Below, piece by piece: positions 23,696 through 34,807 of a stretch of 64,000 bases of DNA. A program made the position numbers and the translations under genes. The notes below the pieces were generated by a model. The model ran no database searches. It was not told where the DNA came from and saw nothing but the letters and a program-made list of their open reading frames with translations. Origin of the DNA: Thermoanaerobaculia bacterium (GTDB taxonomy: Bacteria; Acidobacteriota; Thermoanaerobaculia; UBA5066; Gp7-AA6); NCBI GenBank assembly GCA_035506175.1, contig DATJPZ010000103.1, positions 16,579-80,578 of the forward strand. Reading direction: 5' to 3'. The stretch's first letter is position 1. The number at the start of each line of letters is the position of its first letter.

Positions 23696-25348
23696 TCAGC
23701 CGGCCGCGAGATCCGCCGTCGCCAGAAACTTCGGCGGTCGGCGGTGCCGCGTCGCCCGCTCGTACGCGTACGCGATGCGCAGCAGCGTCGGCTCGCTCCA
23801 GGGCCGCCCGAAGATCGACAGGCCGACGGGCAGGCCGAACTTCGCGCCGCATGGGACGGTCACGTCCGGATAGCCGGCGATCGCGGGGAACGACGAGCTG
23901 CCGCCCGGACCGTAGTCGCCGTTGACGAGATCGATCAGGCTCGCCGGGCCGCTCGTCGGCGCGACGAGCGCGTCGAGACGGTGCTCGTCCATGGTCCTGT
24001 CGATGCCCTCCGCGCGCGTCAACTTGAGGTCCTTCTCGAGCGCGTCGAGGTACGCTTTCTCGGTCAGCGGTCCCTTCGCCTCGGCCTTCTCGAAGATCTC
24101 CTGCCCGAAGTACGGCATTTCGCGCGCCCGGTTCTCCTCGTTGAAGCGGATCAGGTCCCTCAGAGACTTGTACGGGTTCTTCGGCCCGAGGCCCGCGAGG
24201 TACGCGTTCAAGTCGGCCTTGAACTCGTAGAGCAGAACCTCGAACTCGCTGTCGTCGGTCTCGCCGACGGTCGCGATGTCGGCCGGATCGACGACGACCG
24301 CGCCGAGCTTGCGGAAGTCGGACAGCGCCGCCTCGACGAGGGCGTCGGCCGCCGGGCTCTGCCCGAAGAGCTTCTTGCGCGGCACGCCGATCCGGAGACC
24401 CTCGAGCGTCTTCGGCCCCGTTTCGAGGAGCCTCGCGTAGTCGACCGGCGCTTTGCCCGCGAGCGCCTTCGTCGCCGGATCCGCGGGGTCGAAGCCCGAA
24501 AGCGCCGTCAGCAGGATCGCCGCGTCCATCACCGTGCGGCACATCGGTCCGGCCGTATCCTGGCTGTGCGCGATCGGCACGATGCCCGCGCGCGAGACGA
24601 GGCCGAGCGTGGGCTTGACGCCGACCAGGCCGCCGTTGTTCGACGGCGACACGATCGAGCCGTCGGTCTCGCTGCCGACCGCGACCGCACACAGGCTCGC
24701 GGCAATCGCCGCGCCGGAGCCCGAGCTCGACCCCGACGGACTGCGGTCGAGCGCGTACGGGTTGCGGCACTGGCCGCCCCGCCCGCTCCAGCCGCTCGAC
24801 GAGTGGGTCGAGCGGAAGTTCGCCCACTCCGAAAGGTTCGTCTTCCCGAGGACGACGGCGCCGGCGTCGCGCAGCCGCTTGACGAGAAACGCGTCGGCGG
24901 CGGGCGTGATGCCGAGCAGCGCGAGGGATCCGGCCGTCGTGTTCAGACGATCCGCCGTGCCGATGTTGTCCTTCAACAGCACCGGGATGCCGTGGAGCGG
25001 GCCGCGGACCTTGCCGGCGCGGCGCTCGGCGTCGAGCCCGTCGGCGATCGAGGCGGCGTCGGGGTTGACCTCGAGCACGGCGTAGAGCTCCGGTCCCTTC
25101 CGGTCGAGCGCTTCGATCCGCGCCGAGTACTTCGCCACGAGGGAGCGCGCGGTCTCGGCGCCGGAGGACAGCCGCTTCTGCAGGTCGGCGATCGTGGCCT
25201 CGTCGAGCTCGAAGGCGGGTACCGGGGCGGGCGCCACGGGCGGCGGCGGCGTTTCGGCCCGCGCCGGCAGCGGCCCGGCGACGGCGGCGGCGGCTCCTCC
25301 GAGAGCGCCGTAGCGGATCAGCGACCTCCGGGTCAGACGGCCGTTCAT
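23696..25348 (-). CDS. Amidase (amidase-signature family) with Tat-type signal
   Basis: RRSLIRYGALGG twin-arginine leader. GIPVLLKDNI...GGSSSGSGAAIAA...GSETDGSIVSPS (AS signature). Confidence 0.9.
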   Translation of the reverse strand: MNGRLTRRSLIRYGALGGAAAAVAGPLPARAETPPPPVAPAPVPAFELDEATIADLQKRLSSGAETARSLVAKYSARIEALDRKGPELYAVLEVNPDAASIADGLDAERRAGKVRGPLHGIPVLLKDNIGTADRLNTTAGSLALLGITPAADAFLVKRLRDAGAVVLGKTNLSEWANFRSTHSSSGWSGRGGQCRNPYALDRSPSGSSSGSGAAIAASLCAVAVGSETDGSIVSPSNNGGLVGVKPTLGLVSRAGIVPIAHSQDTAGPMCRTVMDAAILLTALSGFDPADPATKALAGKAPVDYARLLETGPKTLEGLRIGVPRKKLFGQSPAADALVEAALSDFRKLGAVVVDPADIATVGETDDSEFEVLLYEFKADLNAYLAGLGPKNPYKSLRDLIRFNEENRAREMPYFGQEIFEKAEAKGPLTEKAYLDALEKDLKLTRAEGIDRTMDEHRLDALVAPTSGPASLIDLVNGDYGPGGSSSFPAIAGYPDVTVPCGAKFGLPVGLSIFGRPWSEPTLLRIAYAYERATRHRRPPKFLATADLAAG

Positions 25349-25382
25349 CGCTTCCTCCTTCGGTCCGGTGGCGCCGTTGATA

Positions 25383-26819
25383 TCACGCCGGCCCGTCCGC
25401 CCCCGGCGCGAACAGGTGCGCGATCGAGTTGGCGTAGTACGCCAGCAGCGGCCGCTCGTCCGGCCGGGCGCGGTACAGGCCGTCTTCCCCGGACGGCTCG
25501 ACCAGGCGCCGCAGCGTCAGCATCCGCAGGCCCACCGCGATCGCATAATCCTGATCGCCGCGCGGGACGTAGACGTGAGCGCCCCGGACCTCGAGCGCCT
25601 CGACCAGCGCCAGCACCGCGGCCTTGAGCTCGAGCTCGCTGAAGGCCCGTTCCGGCTCGCGGGTGAAAACCGTCGCGACGAGCGAAACCGGCAGCGCGGG
25701 GATGACGCGCGCGACCGCCGCCATCAGGTCGGCCGCGAGTTCCCCGAGCCGGCGCGAACGCTCCTCCCGCGAGAGCGTCGGGAAGTCCACGCCGCGGCGG
25801 CCGACCCAGGCGCGCAGCGACACCGGGGAGCCGAAGTTCACGCACGCGTAGCCGAAGCGATGCCAGCGGTTCGTCGCCATCTGCCGCAGGTTCCGCCCGA
25901 CGAAGCCGAGCGTCGTCGCCGCGGCGCCGAGAGCTCCCGGGCGCTCGAAGTCCGGATCGCGCCCGGCGAGCAGCGTTCGATCCTCGAGGGTCCGGTCGTA
26001 GTTGATCCCGGCCGGCACGAACACGATGTCCCGTCCGCGCGCCGGATCGAACGCGCGAACCATGTAGTCGAGGATGCCGAGCTTCGGCGGCCGCAGCCTG
26101 CCGTCGCGCGAGAGACCGCCCTCCGGAAACAGGGCCTGCGTCACGCCCCCGGCCGTCGCCATGCCGACGTATCGCTCGAGCACCTTGCGGTAAAGCGGGT
26201 CCTTCGAGTCGCGCCGCACGAAATACGCGCCCATCGCGCGGATGAGCGTCTGGAGCGGCCAGATTCGCGCCCACTCCCCGACGGCGTAGGAGAGCGCGGC
26301 CTTCTCGGCCGCGAGGTACGACACGAGAACGTAGTCCATGTTCGAGCGGTGGTTGATCAGGAAGACCACCGTCGCGTCGGGCGCGATCGCGGCAAGGCCG
26401 CGCTCGTCCGAGTACCCGAGCCGCACCCGGTAGAGAGACCGCGCGACGTTGCGCGCGAGCCAGTAGCCGAGACGGAAGTAGGCGTACGCGTTGAATGCCG
26501 GCACGATCTCGCGCGCGTCCCGCTCGACGCGCCGCAGCGCGGCCTCCCTCGAGACGCCCTGCGCGCGCGCCTCCGCTTCGGCCGCCTGCTGGACCTGCGG
26601 ATCGTCGAGGAGGCGGTCGATCAGGACCTCGCGCCGGGTGAGCTTGAACGGCGGGATGCGGATCTTCAGCCGCGTGTTGATCTCCTCGAGCACGCGCTGG
26701 ACCCGCCGCCGCAGGAGCCAGCGTCCGAGCGGGAGGACCAGACGGGCGGCCACGGTCCAGGCCGCGAGCAGAATCAGGAGGAAAGCGAGCCAGGACGGCA
26801 GCGAGACGGTGCCCCGCAT
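25383..26819 (-). CDS. Glycerol-3-phosphate/lysophospholipid acyltransferase-like (PlsB-like)
   Basis: N-terminal TM. HRSNMD (HX4D) and FPEGGLSRDG acyltransferase blocks. Confidence 0.8.
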   Translation of the reverse strand: MRGTVSLPSWLAFLLILLAAWTVAARLVLPLGRWLLRRRVQRVLEEINTRLKIRIPPFKLTRREVLIDRLLDDPQVQQAAEAEARAQGVSREAALRRVERDAREIVPAFNAYAYFRLGYWLARNVARSLYRVRLGYSDERGLAAIAPDATVVFLINHRSNMDYVLVSYLAAEKAALSYAVGEWARIWPLQTLIRAMGAYFVRRDSKDPLYRKVLERYVGMATAGGVTQALFPEGGLSRDGRLRPPKLGILDYMVRAFDPARGRDIVFVPAGINYDRTLEDRTLLAGRDPDFERPGALGAAATTLGFVGRNLRQMATNRWHRFGYACVNFGSPVSLRAWVGRRGVDFPTLSREERSRRLGELAADLMAAVARVIPALPVSLVATVFTREPERAFSELELKAAVLALVEALEVRGAHVYVPRGDQDYAIAVGLRMLTLRRLVEPSGEDGLYRARPDERPLLAYYANSIAHLFAPGADGPA

Positions 26820-26914
26820 GGTCTACGCGACGAGCATAGGACAGGAACCGTCCTGCCGAGCCATCCGGACACGCCAGGGGTCCGTCGCCGGCGGCCCAGG
26901 CGACCTCGGCCGCC

Positions 26915-27120
26915 GCGGCGGGGTGGCGCACCTCGTCGACGTCGGCGTCGCGCATCCCGCGACCGCGACGAAGGCCTGCCGGGAAGCGCGCGCCGACGCG
27001 GAACGGGAGATCGCGGCGAAGGGCCCGAACGCGACGATCCGGCGACCCCGGCACATCCTCGGGCCGGGGCACCGGTGGCCGTACCTCCTCAACACGCTCG
27101 ACCAGATGGCAGCCGCCCCG
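26915..27120 (+). pseudogene. Fragment resembling the C-terminal part of an NAD(P)H-binding SDR/NmrA-like protein
   Basis: Frame of ORF 26491..27219: ...VAHLVDVGVAHPA...AEREIAAKGPNATIRRPRHILGPGHRWPYLL... resembles the ...ATILRPWYVLGPGHxWP... block of atypical SDRs. There is no N-terminal Rossmann part, because the upstream DNA is occupied by the opposite-strand acyltransferase gene. Confidence 0.35.
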
Positions 27121-27206
27121 TGCGGGCCGTCGAAAGCTCCGTGTCGTCGAGGTCCCGAAGATCCGGCGCGCGGCGCTCTGACACGCCGCGCGTCGGACCG
27201 GCCGAC

Positions 27207-28007
27207 TCAGTTCGGATAGTGCAGACCGAGCGCCTTCGAGAGAAACGCCGCCATTTGACCGCGCGTGACCGGGTTGTTCGGGCAGTAGTTCCCGCCGCCG
27301 CAGCCGCCCGTGATCCCCGAGGCCGCGAGCGCCTCGACGTACTGGAAGAATTGATTGTTCGCCGGCACGTCGCCGAACGTCGGCGTCGCGGGCGGCGGGC
27401 TGACCTGGAGCTTGTAGTGCACCCGCGCGGTGGTGAAGCCGAGACTGGTGCCCGGCTGGACGTTCACGTCGAAAACCAGCTTCTCGGCAGCGTTGTTCAC
27501 CGTACGGGTCATGATCACCGGAAAGACGGCGCAGCCCGGGGTCGCCCCGGAGGCGAACACCGGCGAGACGAACGTGCCGGTCTGAACCGGCACACTGAAC
27601 TGCGCGACCGCGAAGCCGAACTGACCGACGGCGTCGCCGTCGCAGGCCTCGAGGTCGACGCTGGTGATCAGAGCTCCGGAGGACAGGTTGATCGTCGCCA
27701 GGAACACGCAGGACCCTTGCGACCCGGCGACGGCACACGTGCGTCCGGTGTTGTCGAGGTCCGGCGGGTTCTCGGCCCCCGATGCCAGCTCGAACGCGTC
27801 GGCGCCGATCACGAGAAGCGATTCGGACGCCGTTCCGTAGGACGGCGCCTCCGGCGACGCTCCCGGGCCGACGAGATCGGTGCGCCCGAGAAGCGTGCTC
27901 AGCAGCTGTCCGGACCCGGGCGCGGGAAGGACGATCGTTGCGACGACGACGATTCCGAGCACGAGAAGCGTTCGACCGGGGCGCGGGACCGAGAGGCCTG
28001 CGTTCAT
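27207..28007 (-). CDS. Secreted protein with C-terminal SLH-like motif
   Basis: AAGGAGAG upstream of ATG 28007. Signal/TM LLVLGIVVVATIVL. C-terminal FGDVPANNQFFQYVEALAASGITGGCGGGNYCPNNPVTRGQMAAFLSKAL. Confidence 0.55.
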   Translation of the reverse strand: MNAGLSVPRPGRTLLVLGIVVVATIVLPAPGSGQLLSTLLGRTDLVGPGASPEAPSYGTASESLLVIGADAFELASGAENPPDLDNTGRTCAVAGSQGSCVFLATINLSSGALITSVDLEACDGDAVGQFGFAVAQFSVPVQTGTFVSPVFASGATPGCAVFPVIMTRTVNNAAEKLVFDVNVQPGTSLGFTTARVHYKLQVSPPPATPTFGDVPANNQFFQYVEALAASGITGGCGGGNYCPNNPVTRGQMAAFLSKALGLHYPN

Positions 28008-28073
28008 ACGCTCTCCTTGCGTTCTGGCGCAGTATATGGGCCTCCCGCCAAACGGCGGGATCCAGGGAGAATC

Positions 28074-28511
28074 ATGGAAGTTGCGCGCGGGAACCTGACG
28101 ATCTCGGACGACGCCTCGCGGCTCGACCGCGACGCGATTCACGCGTTTCTGACGACGAGCTATTGGGCGCCCGGGATTCCGCGGGAGGTCGTCGACCGCT
28201 CGATCGAGAACTCGCTGCCCTTCGGGCTCTACGAAGGCGCCCGTCAGGTCGGCTTCGCCCGCGTCATCAGCGACCGCGCGACGTTCGCGTACCTGGCGGA
28301 CGTGTTCGTCCTCGAGTCGCACCGCGGCCGCGGCCTCGCCCGATGGCTCCTGGAGACGATCCGCGCGCACCCCGACCTCCAGAACCTGCGCCGCTGGCTG
28401 CTCTTCACGCGCGACGCCCATCCGCTCTACCGGCTGGTCGGCTTCAAGGCTCCGGAGTTCCCGGACCGCGTCATGGAGATCGTCGACCGCAACGCCCATA
28501 CCCGGCGCTGA
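28074..28511 (+). CDS. GNAT family N-acetyltransferase
   Basis: AGGGAGA upstream. ...ARQVGFARVISDRATFAYLADVFVLESHRGRGLARWLLE... (acetyl-CoA-binding motif A). Confidence 0.8.
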   Translation: MEVARGNLTISDDASRLDRDAIHAFLTTSYWAPGIPREVVDRSIENSLPFGLYEGARQVGFARVISDRATFAYLADVFVLESHRGRGLARWLLETIRAHPDLQNLRRWLLFTRDAHPLYRLVGFKAPEFPDRVMEIVDRNAHTRR

Positions 28512-28521
28512 CGCCCCCGCC

Positions 28522-28705
28522 GACTGGCGGGAAACCTTCTTTTCGGGGCTCGCGGTCGAGCTCCGGGACGCCGCCATCCCCGAGAGCGCGGCCGCCGAGG
28601 ACGCCGCGTTTCTCCGGGAGCACCTCGAACTCGTGCGAGGGTCCCGCGTCCTCGACGTGCCGTGCGGGTCGGGCCGCCTGACCGGCCCGCTCGCGGCGGG
28701 CGGCT
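28522..28705 (+). pseudogene. Truncated N-terminal fragment of a class I SAM-dependent methyltransferase
   Basis: Frame 1: DWRETFFSGLAVELRDAAIPESAAAEDAAFLREHLELVRGSRVLDVPCGSGRLTGPLAAGG (motif I VLDxxCGxGR). The frame then degenerates (SSPPKRPADRR...). It has no start codon and no motifs II-III. Confidence 0.45.
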
Positions 28706-28739
28706 CCTCGCCTCCAAAAAGGCCGGCAGACCGACGCGC

Positions 28740-28982
28740 CTACGTTCGGCGCGCGAGCACGGCCCGGCCGAGCGACCCGAAGCTGATCACCGCCCACGAG
28801 CCCTCGAGCACGATGAGGCCGAGATTGCGGGCCTGGTAGGCGAAATAGGCGAGGATCGCCGCCCCGAGAAAGTTGAGCACGAGATAGGGCAAGTCCGTCG
28901 GCCGGAGCCGGCCTGCCTGCTGCGCGGCGAAAGCCGCGAGGATCATCGCCGCACCGGCCAGAGATACCGCCTGTCCGATCAT
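28740..28982 (-). CDS. Small two/three-TM membrane protein (hypothetical)
   Basis: 80 aa, hydrophobic (MIGQAVSLAGAAMILAAFAA...LVLNFLGAAILAYFAY...), with coding-like codon bias. Confidence 0.5.
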   Translation of the reverse strand: MIGQAVSLAGAAMILAAFAAQQAGRLRPTDLPYLVLNFLGAAILAYFAYQARNLGLIVLEGSWAVISFGSLGRAVLARRT

Positions 28983-29015
28983 GCGCTCGCCTCCTCCGGT
29001 TCCGTTTCGGCCACT

Positions 29016-29654
29016 TCAGCGCTCCCCCGCCTCGGACGCCGGCACCGGGTAGCACGCCAGGACGAGGCGGTACGGGCGGCCGCGTCCCGGGCGACCGTTC
29101 TCCAGCCGGCTCGGCGAGCTGTGCCGGGCGATGACGCCGACGACCGCGTCCCGGACCGCCGCGGCGAACTCGGCGCGCTGCGCCGGGCTCTCGAAGCGGA
29201 ACTGGGACTTCAGCGACAACGTCGCCAGGCGCTTGCCCTCGGCCGAGGCCTCCGAGGAGGCCAGCTCGAGGTCGCGGCGCACCTGTTCCGACAGCGCGAG
29301 GAGGTAGTCGGCCGAAGCCGTGTCGGGGATATCCCGCCAGTCAGCGCCGAGCGGCCCCAGCAGGTCCGGCGAGAGGACGAAGGAGCGCGCGGCCGCGACG
29401 TACCGCTGCTCGACCATGTTGCGCCGCCGCTGCCGCCCGGCCGGACGCAGGAGCCCGGCCCGTTCGAGCGCCCGGACGTGGTAGTTCACGCGCTGTCTGG
29501 GAAGTCCGAGCGTCCGCGCCATCTCGGCCGCCGAGACCGGGCGCCGCGCGAGCGACATGACGCGCAACCGGAGCGGATGGAGCAATGCCGAGGCGCGGCC
29601 CGGGCTCGAGATCGTCGCGACCTCCCGTTCAGGCTCAATTGCTGGCATTTCCAT
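29016..29654 (-). CDS. ArsR-type HTH transcriptional regulator
   Basis: LLHPLRLRVMSLARRPVSAAEMARTLGLPRQRVNYHVRALERAGLL (winged HTH). Confidence 0.75.
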   Translation of the reverse strand: MEMPAIEPEREVATISSPGRASALLHPLRLRVMSLARRPVSAAEMARTLGLPRQRVNYHVRALERAGLLRPAGRQRRRNMVEQRYVAAARSFVLSPDLLGPLGADWRDIPDTASADYLLALSEQVRRDLELASSEASAEGKRLATLSLKSQFRFESPAQRAEFAAAVRDAVVGVIARHSSPSRLENGRPGRGRPYRLVLACYPVPASEAGER

Positions 29655-29692
29655 TGACAGTATTATTTGTCCAGTAATATTAATTTGTCAAT
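29653..29692. promoter_or_regulatory. AT-rich divergent control region with perfect inverted repeat ATTGACA-N26-TGTCAAT
   Basis: ATTGACA at 29653-29659 and TGTCAAT at 29686-29692. TTGACA hexamers are present on both strands. TAATAT/TATTAA (+) and TAATAC (-) -10-like boxes lie between them. Confidence 0.5.
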
Positions 29693-29809
29693 AAAGTCGA
29701 CCGGAGCCACTTTGGCCGCTTCCGGCGTATTTCGAGGCGTGCCCGACGTTTTCGTCCGCCCGATTTCGACCCCATACAATCCGTCCGTGTCAGACAGAGG
29801 AGTGGGCTG

Positions 29810-31765
<1,956 letters not shown>

Positions 31766-31809
31766 CCCTCGCCCGCGGCGTTTTGGTGCTCGGCGCGCCG
31801 GGCGCGCCA

Positions 31810-31815
31810 TAGAAT
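31810..31815 (+). promoter_or_regulatory. -10-like box TAGAAT 7 nt upstream of ATG 31823
   Basis: caTAGAATccgcaccATG. No SD. Confidence 0.35.
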
Positions 31816-31822
31816 CCGCACC

Positions 31823-33451
31823 ATGCGAACCACGCTGACTCTCGCAATCGCGGTGTGCCTCGGGATGGCGGCGGCACGGTCCGGCGCCACGCCGTCCGGC
31901 TCGTACGACGACCTGGTCGCCTTTTTCCGACAGTGGCGCGCGTTCCAGAAGCCGAAGGTCGTGGACGGCGTCCCGGACTACGGCGCCGCGGCGATGGCCG
32001 CGCAGCAGCGCGCCCTCGAGGACATGCGGCGGCGCCTCGCGGCGATCGACCCGAGCGGCTGGCCGATCCCGCAGCAGGTCGACTACCACGTCGTCCGCGC
32101 GGAGCTTTCCGGCCTCGACTTCGACCACCGCGTCCTGAAGCCGTGGGCCAACAACCCCGGCTTCTACGTCACCGTTTTCAACGAGGAGAGCGACCAGCCG
32201 GCGCGGGAAGGGCCGTTCGCTCTCGGCGCGGTCGAGCTCTGGAGCTACGCGTTTCCGCTTTCGCCGGCGGACGCCGAGCGGATCTCGGCGGGCTTGAAGC
32301 CGATCCCGCGCCTGCTCGCCCAGGCGAAAACGAATCTGACCGGGAACGGCCGCGATCTCTGGGTCTTCGGAACGAAGGCGCTGCGGCGCCAGAGCACCGA
32401 CCTCTCCGAGCTCATCACGAAGCTTTCCCCGTCGCAGAGCGCGCTGCGGGTCGATGCCGACGCGGCGCGCCGCGCGACCGACGACCTCGTCGCCTGGCTC
32501 GACGCCCGCGCCGCCGGAAAGACCGGACCGTCGGGCGTCGGCGTCGAAAACTTCGACTGGTACCTCAAGCACGTCCAGCTCGTGCCCTACACGTGGGCCG
32601 AGGAGGTCGCGCTGATGCAGCGCGAGCTCGCGCGGTCTCGGGCGCTCCTCGCGATGGAGGAGATTCGCAACGCCGGCCTGCCCCAGCCGGCGCCGATTTC
32701 GAGCGCTCAGGAATACGACGCGCGCTTCAACGCCGCCGTCACCGAGTACATGGCGTTCCTGCGCGACCGCGAAATCCTGACGATCACCGACGATCTCGAC
32801 CCGGCCCTGCGCGCCCGGATCGGGAGCTACCGCGCCGGCCCGCGCGAGTTCTTCTCCGAGGTCGACTACCGCGACCCGGAGGTCATGCGGACGCACGGCT
32901 ATCACTGGTTCGACAAGGCGCAGATGGCGCACCGGCCGCACCCGAGCCCGATCCGCCGCGACGCGCTCCTCTACAACATCTTCAACACGCGCACCGAGGG
33001 GCACGCCACCGGCTGGGAAGAGCTGATGATGGAAGCCGGCATGTTCGACGCGCGGCCGCGCACGCGCGAGCTCGTCTACATCCTCGTCGCCGAACGTGCG
33101 GCGCGGGCCCTGGGCGAGCTCTTCATGCAGGCCAACCTGATGACGCTCGAGCAGGCGGCCGCCTTCGCGTGCGCGAACACGCCGCGCGGCTGGCTGCGGA
33201 TGGACGGCGAGCTCGTCCGCAGCGAGCAGCACCTCTATCTGCAGCAGCCGGGCTACGGGCCGAGCTACCTCGTCGGCAAGATCGAGATCGAGAAGCTCCT
33301 CGCCGAGCGCCGCGCGCAGCAGGGAGACGCCTTCCGGATGAAGGCGTTCATGGACGAGTTCAACGCCGCCGGCCTCGTCCCCGCTTCCCTTCTGCGCTGG
33401 GAGCTGACGGGGCAGCAGCCGGCGGAAGTGAAGAAGATGCTCGGACCCTAG
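31823..33451 (+). CDS. DUF885 family secreted protein
   Basis: Signal peptide. 542 aa with DUF885-like organisation (...YHVVRAELSGLDF..., ...GYGPSYLVGKIEIEKL...). Confidence 0.7.
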   Translation: MRTTLTLAIAVCLGMAAARSGATPSGSYDDLVAFFRQWRAFQKPKVVDGVPDYGAAAMAAQQRALEDMRRRLAAIDPSGWPIPQQVDYHVVRAELSGLDFDHRVLKPWANNPGFYVTVFNEESDQPAREGPFALGAVELWSYAFPLSPADAERISAGLKPIPRLLAQAKTNLTGNGRDLWVFGTKALRRQSTDLSELITKLSPSQSALRVDADAARRATDDLVAWLDARAAGKTGPSGVGVENFDWYLKHVQLVPYTWAEEVALMQRELARSRALLAMEEIRNAGLPQPAPISSAQEYDARFNAAVTEYMAFLRDREILTITDDLDPALRARIGSYRAGPREFFSEVDYRDPEVMRTHGYHWFDKAQMAHRPHPSPIRRDALLYNIFNTRTEGHATGWEELMMEAGMFDARPRTRELVYILVAERAARALGELFMQANLMTLEQAAAFACANTPRGWLRMDGELVRSEQHLYLQQPGYGPSYLVGKIEIEKLLAERRAQQGDAFRMKAFMDEFNAAGLVPASLLRWELTGQQPAEVKKMLGP

Positions 33452-33531
33452 GTCCCCTCAGACCGGCCCGGAAAGGGATCCCTGGCTCCGCGAAGCGACG
33501 AGGGATCCCCCGGGCGCGTTTTGGGGAGACT

Positions 33532-34248
33532 TCAGTCGCGGCGGCCGCCGAAGAAGCGCAGCAGGAACAGGAACAGGTTGATGAAATCGAGGTAGAGCGC
33601 GAGCGCTCCGACGACGGAGTAGGAGCCGTAGCGCTCCTCGGGGACCGCCGCCGCCATGACCTTCAGCTTCTGCGCGTCCCAGGCCGTCAAGCCGGTGAAC
33701 ACGATCACGCCGACGATCGAGATGACGAACTGGAGGCCGGCGGATTTCCAGAACATCCCGACGATCGAGGCGAGGATCAGGCCGATCAGGCCCATGAAGA
33801 CGAACTGGCCGACGCCCGCGAGGCTGCGCTTCGTCGTCGTGCCGTAGAGCGCGAGCGCCCCGAACATCCCCGCGGTCACGACGAACGTCGACGCGATCGA
33901 CGTCCGGGTGTACGCGAGGAAGATGAAGGCGAGCGTCGCGCCGTTGAGCGCCGAATAGAGCAGGAAGAGCCCGGCGGCCGCGTTCGCCGTCAGCGTCTGG
34001 ACGCGCGCCGAGAGGTAGAAGACGAGACCGAGCTCGCCGATCACGAGCGCGAAGAAGAGGAGCCTGTTGCCGAATATCATCTGCGCGATCTGAGGCGAGC
34101 TCGACACCCCGAGCGCCACCGTCGCGGTCACGCCGAGGCCGACGCACATCCACCCGTAGACCTTCTTCAGAAACGCCGTGACCCGCTCCGCCGGAAGGGT
34201 GCTGCCGGCGCCGAACGCGGACGCGGGTGTCATCGGGAACTGTTCCAT
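33532..34248 (-). CDS. BAX inhibitor-1/YccA family membrane protein
   Basis: Seven TM segments. FLKKVYGWMCVGL...ALALYLDFINLFLFLLR C-terminus is typical of the BI-1 family. Confidence 0.85.
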   Translation of the reverse strand: MEQFPMTPASAFGAGSTLPAERVTAFLKKVYGWMCVGLGVTATVALGVSSSPQIAQMIFGNRLLFFALVIGELGLVFYLSARVQTLTANAAAGLFLLYSALNGATLAFIFLAYTRTSIASTFVVTAGMFGALALYGTTTKRSLAGVGQFVFMGLIGLILASIVGMFWKSAGLQFVISIVGVIVFTGLTAWDAQKLKVMAAAVPEERYGSYSVVGALALYLDFINLFLFLLRFFGGRRD

Positions 34249-34283
34249 GCTCTAACCTCCGAGGGGCCGGATTCTATCTCCGG

Positions 34284-34775
34284 CTAGTTGACCTTGTAGC
34301 GAAGCTGCTCGAGCAGCCGGGTGGCGAGCGGGTCGCCCGGGTTCTCGGCAAGCGCGCCTTCGAGCTCGGCGATCGCCTCCGCCACCTCGCCGCGGGCCGC
34401 CCGCAGGCGCCCGAGGTTCAGGTACGGAAAGTGCCGCGGCTCGTAGCGAGGCGCGGCCTTGGCACGTTCGAACCACGGGATCGCCTCGTCCCATCGTCCC
34501 TGCTCCATCAGGTAACAGCCGATGTCGTTGTAGGGATTCCCGAAACGCGGGTCGGTGGCAATCGCCTTCCGGCACTCCACGATCGCGTCCTCGAGGCGTC
34601 CCGCGAAGGAATAGGCCCAGCCGCGGAAGGTGTAGGCCTCCGCCGTCGGCCGCGTCTCGAGCGAGCGCGTGAAGAGCGCGATCGCCTCGTCGACCTGGCC
34701 GTCGAGCAGGCGCGCGGTTCCTTCGCGCCAGAGCTCCAGGGCCCGGTCCGCTTCGTCCGCCATCGGGCAGACCAT
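34284..34775 (-). CDS. TPR-repeat protein
   Basis: Repeated A..Y...G.ay....l.eAi helices (EAYTFRGWAYSFAGRLEDAIVECRKAIATDP...). An alternative start is at 34763 (MADEAD). Confidence 0.7.
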   Translation of the reverse strand: MVCPMADEADRALELWREGTARLLDGQVDEAIALFTRSLETRPTAEAYTFRGWAYSFAGRLEDAIVECRKAIATDPRFGNPYNDIGCYLMEQGRWDEAIPWFERAKAAPRYEPRHFPYLNLGRLRAARGEVAEAIAELEGALAENPGDPLATRLLEQLRYKVN

Positions 34776-34790
34776 TATCCTCCCGCGGGC

Positions 34791-34796
34791 TAGAAT
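34791..34796 (+). promoter_or_regulatory. -10-like box TAGAAT 11 nt upstream of ATG 34808
   Basis: gcTAGAATtccttcccgacATG. No SD. Confidence 0.3.
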
Positions 34797-34807
34797 TCCT
34801 TCCCGAC

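Noticed and set aside
26823-27095. 90-aa minus-strand ORF in the 26.8-27.2 kb gap
   Set aside because: It has an Arg/Pro/Cys-rich, non-protein-like composition and no SD. The plus strand shows the SDR-like remnant instead.
25368-28073. First 900 codons of the 1047-aa plus-strand ORF
   Set aside because: It is antisense to the acyltransferase and SLH-like genes. Only the last 145 codons (GNAT, from ATG 28074 with an SD) look like a real protein.
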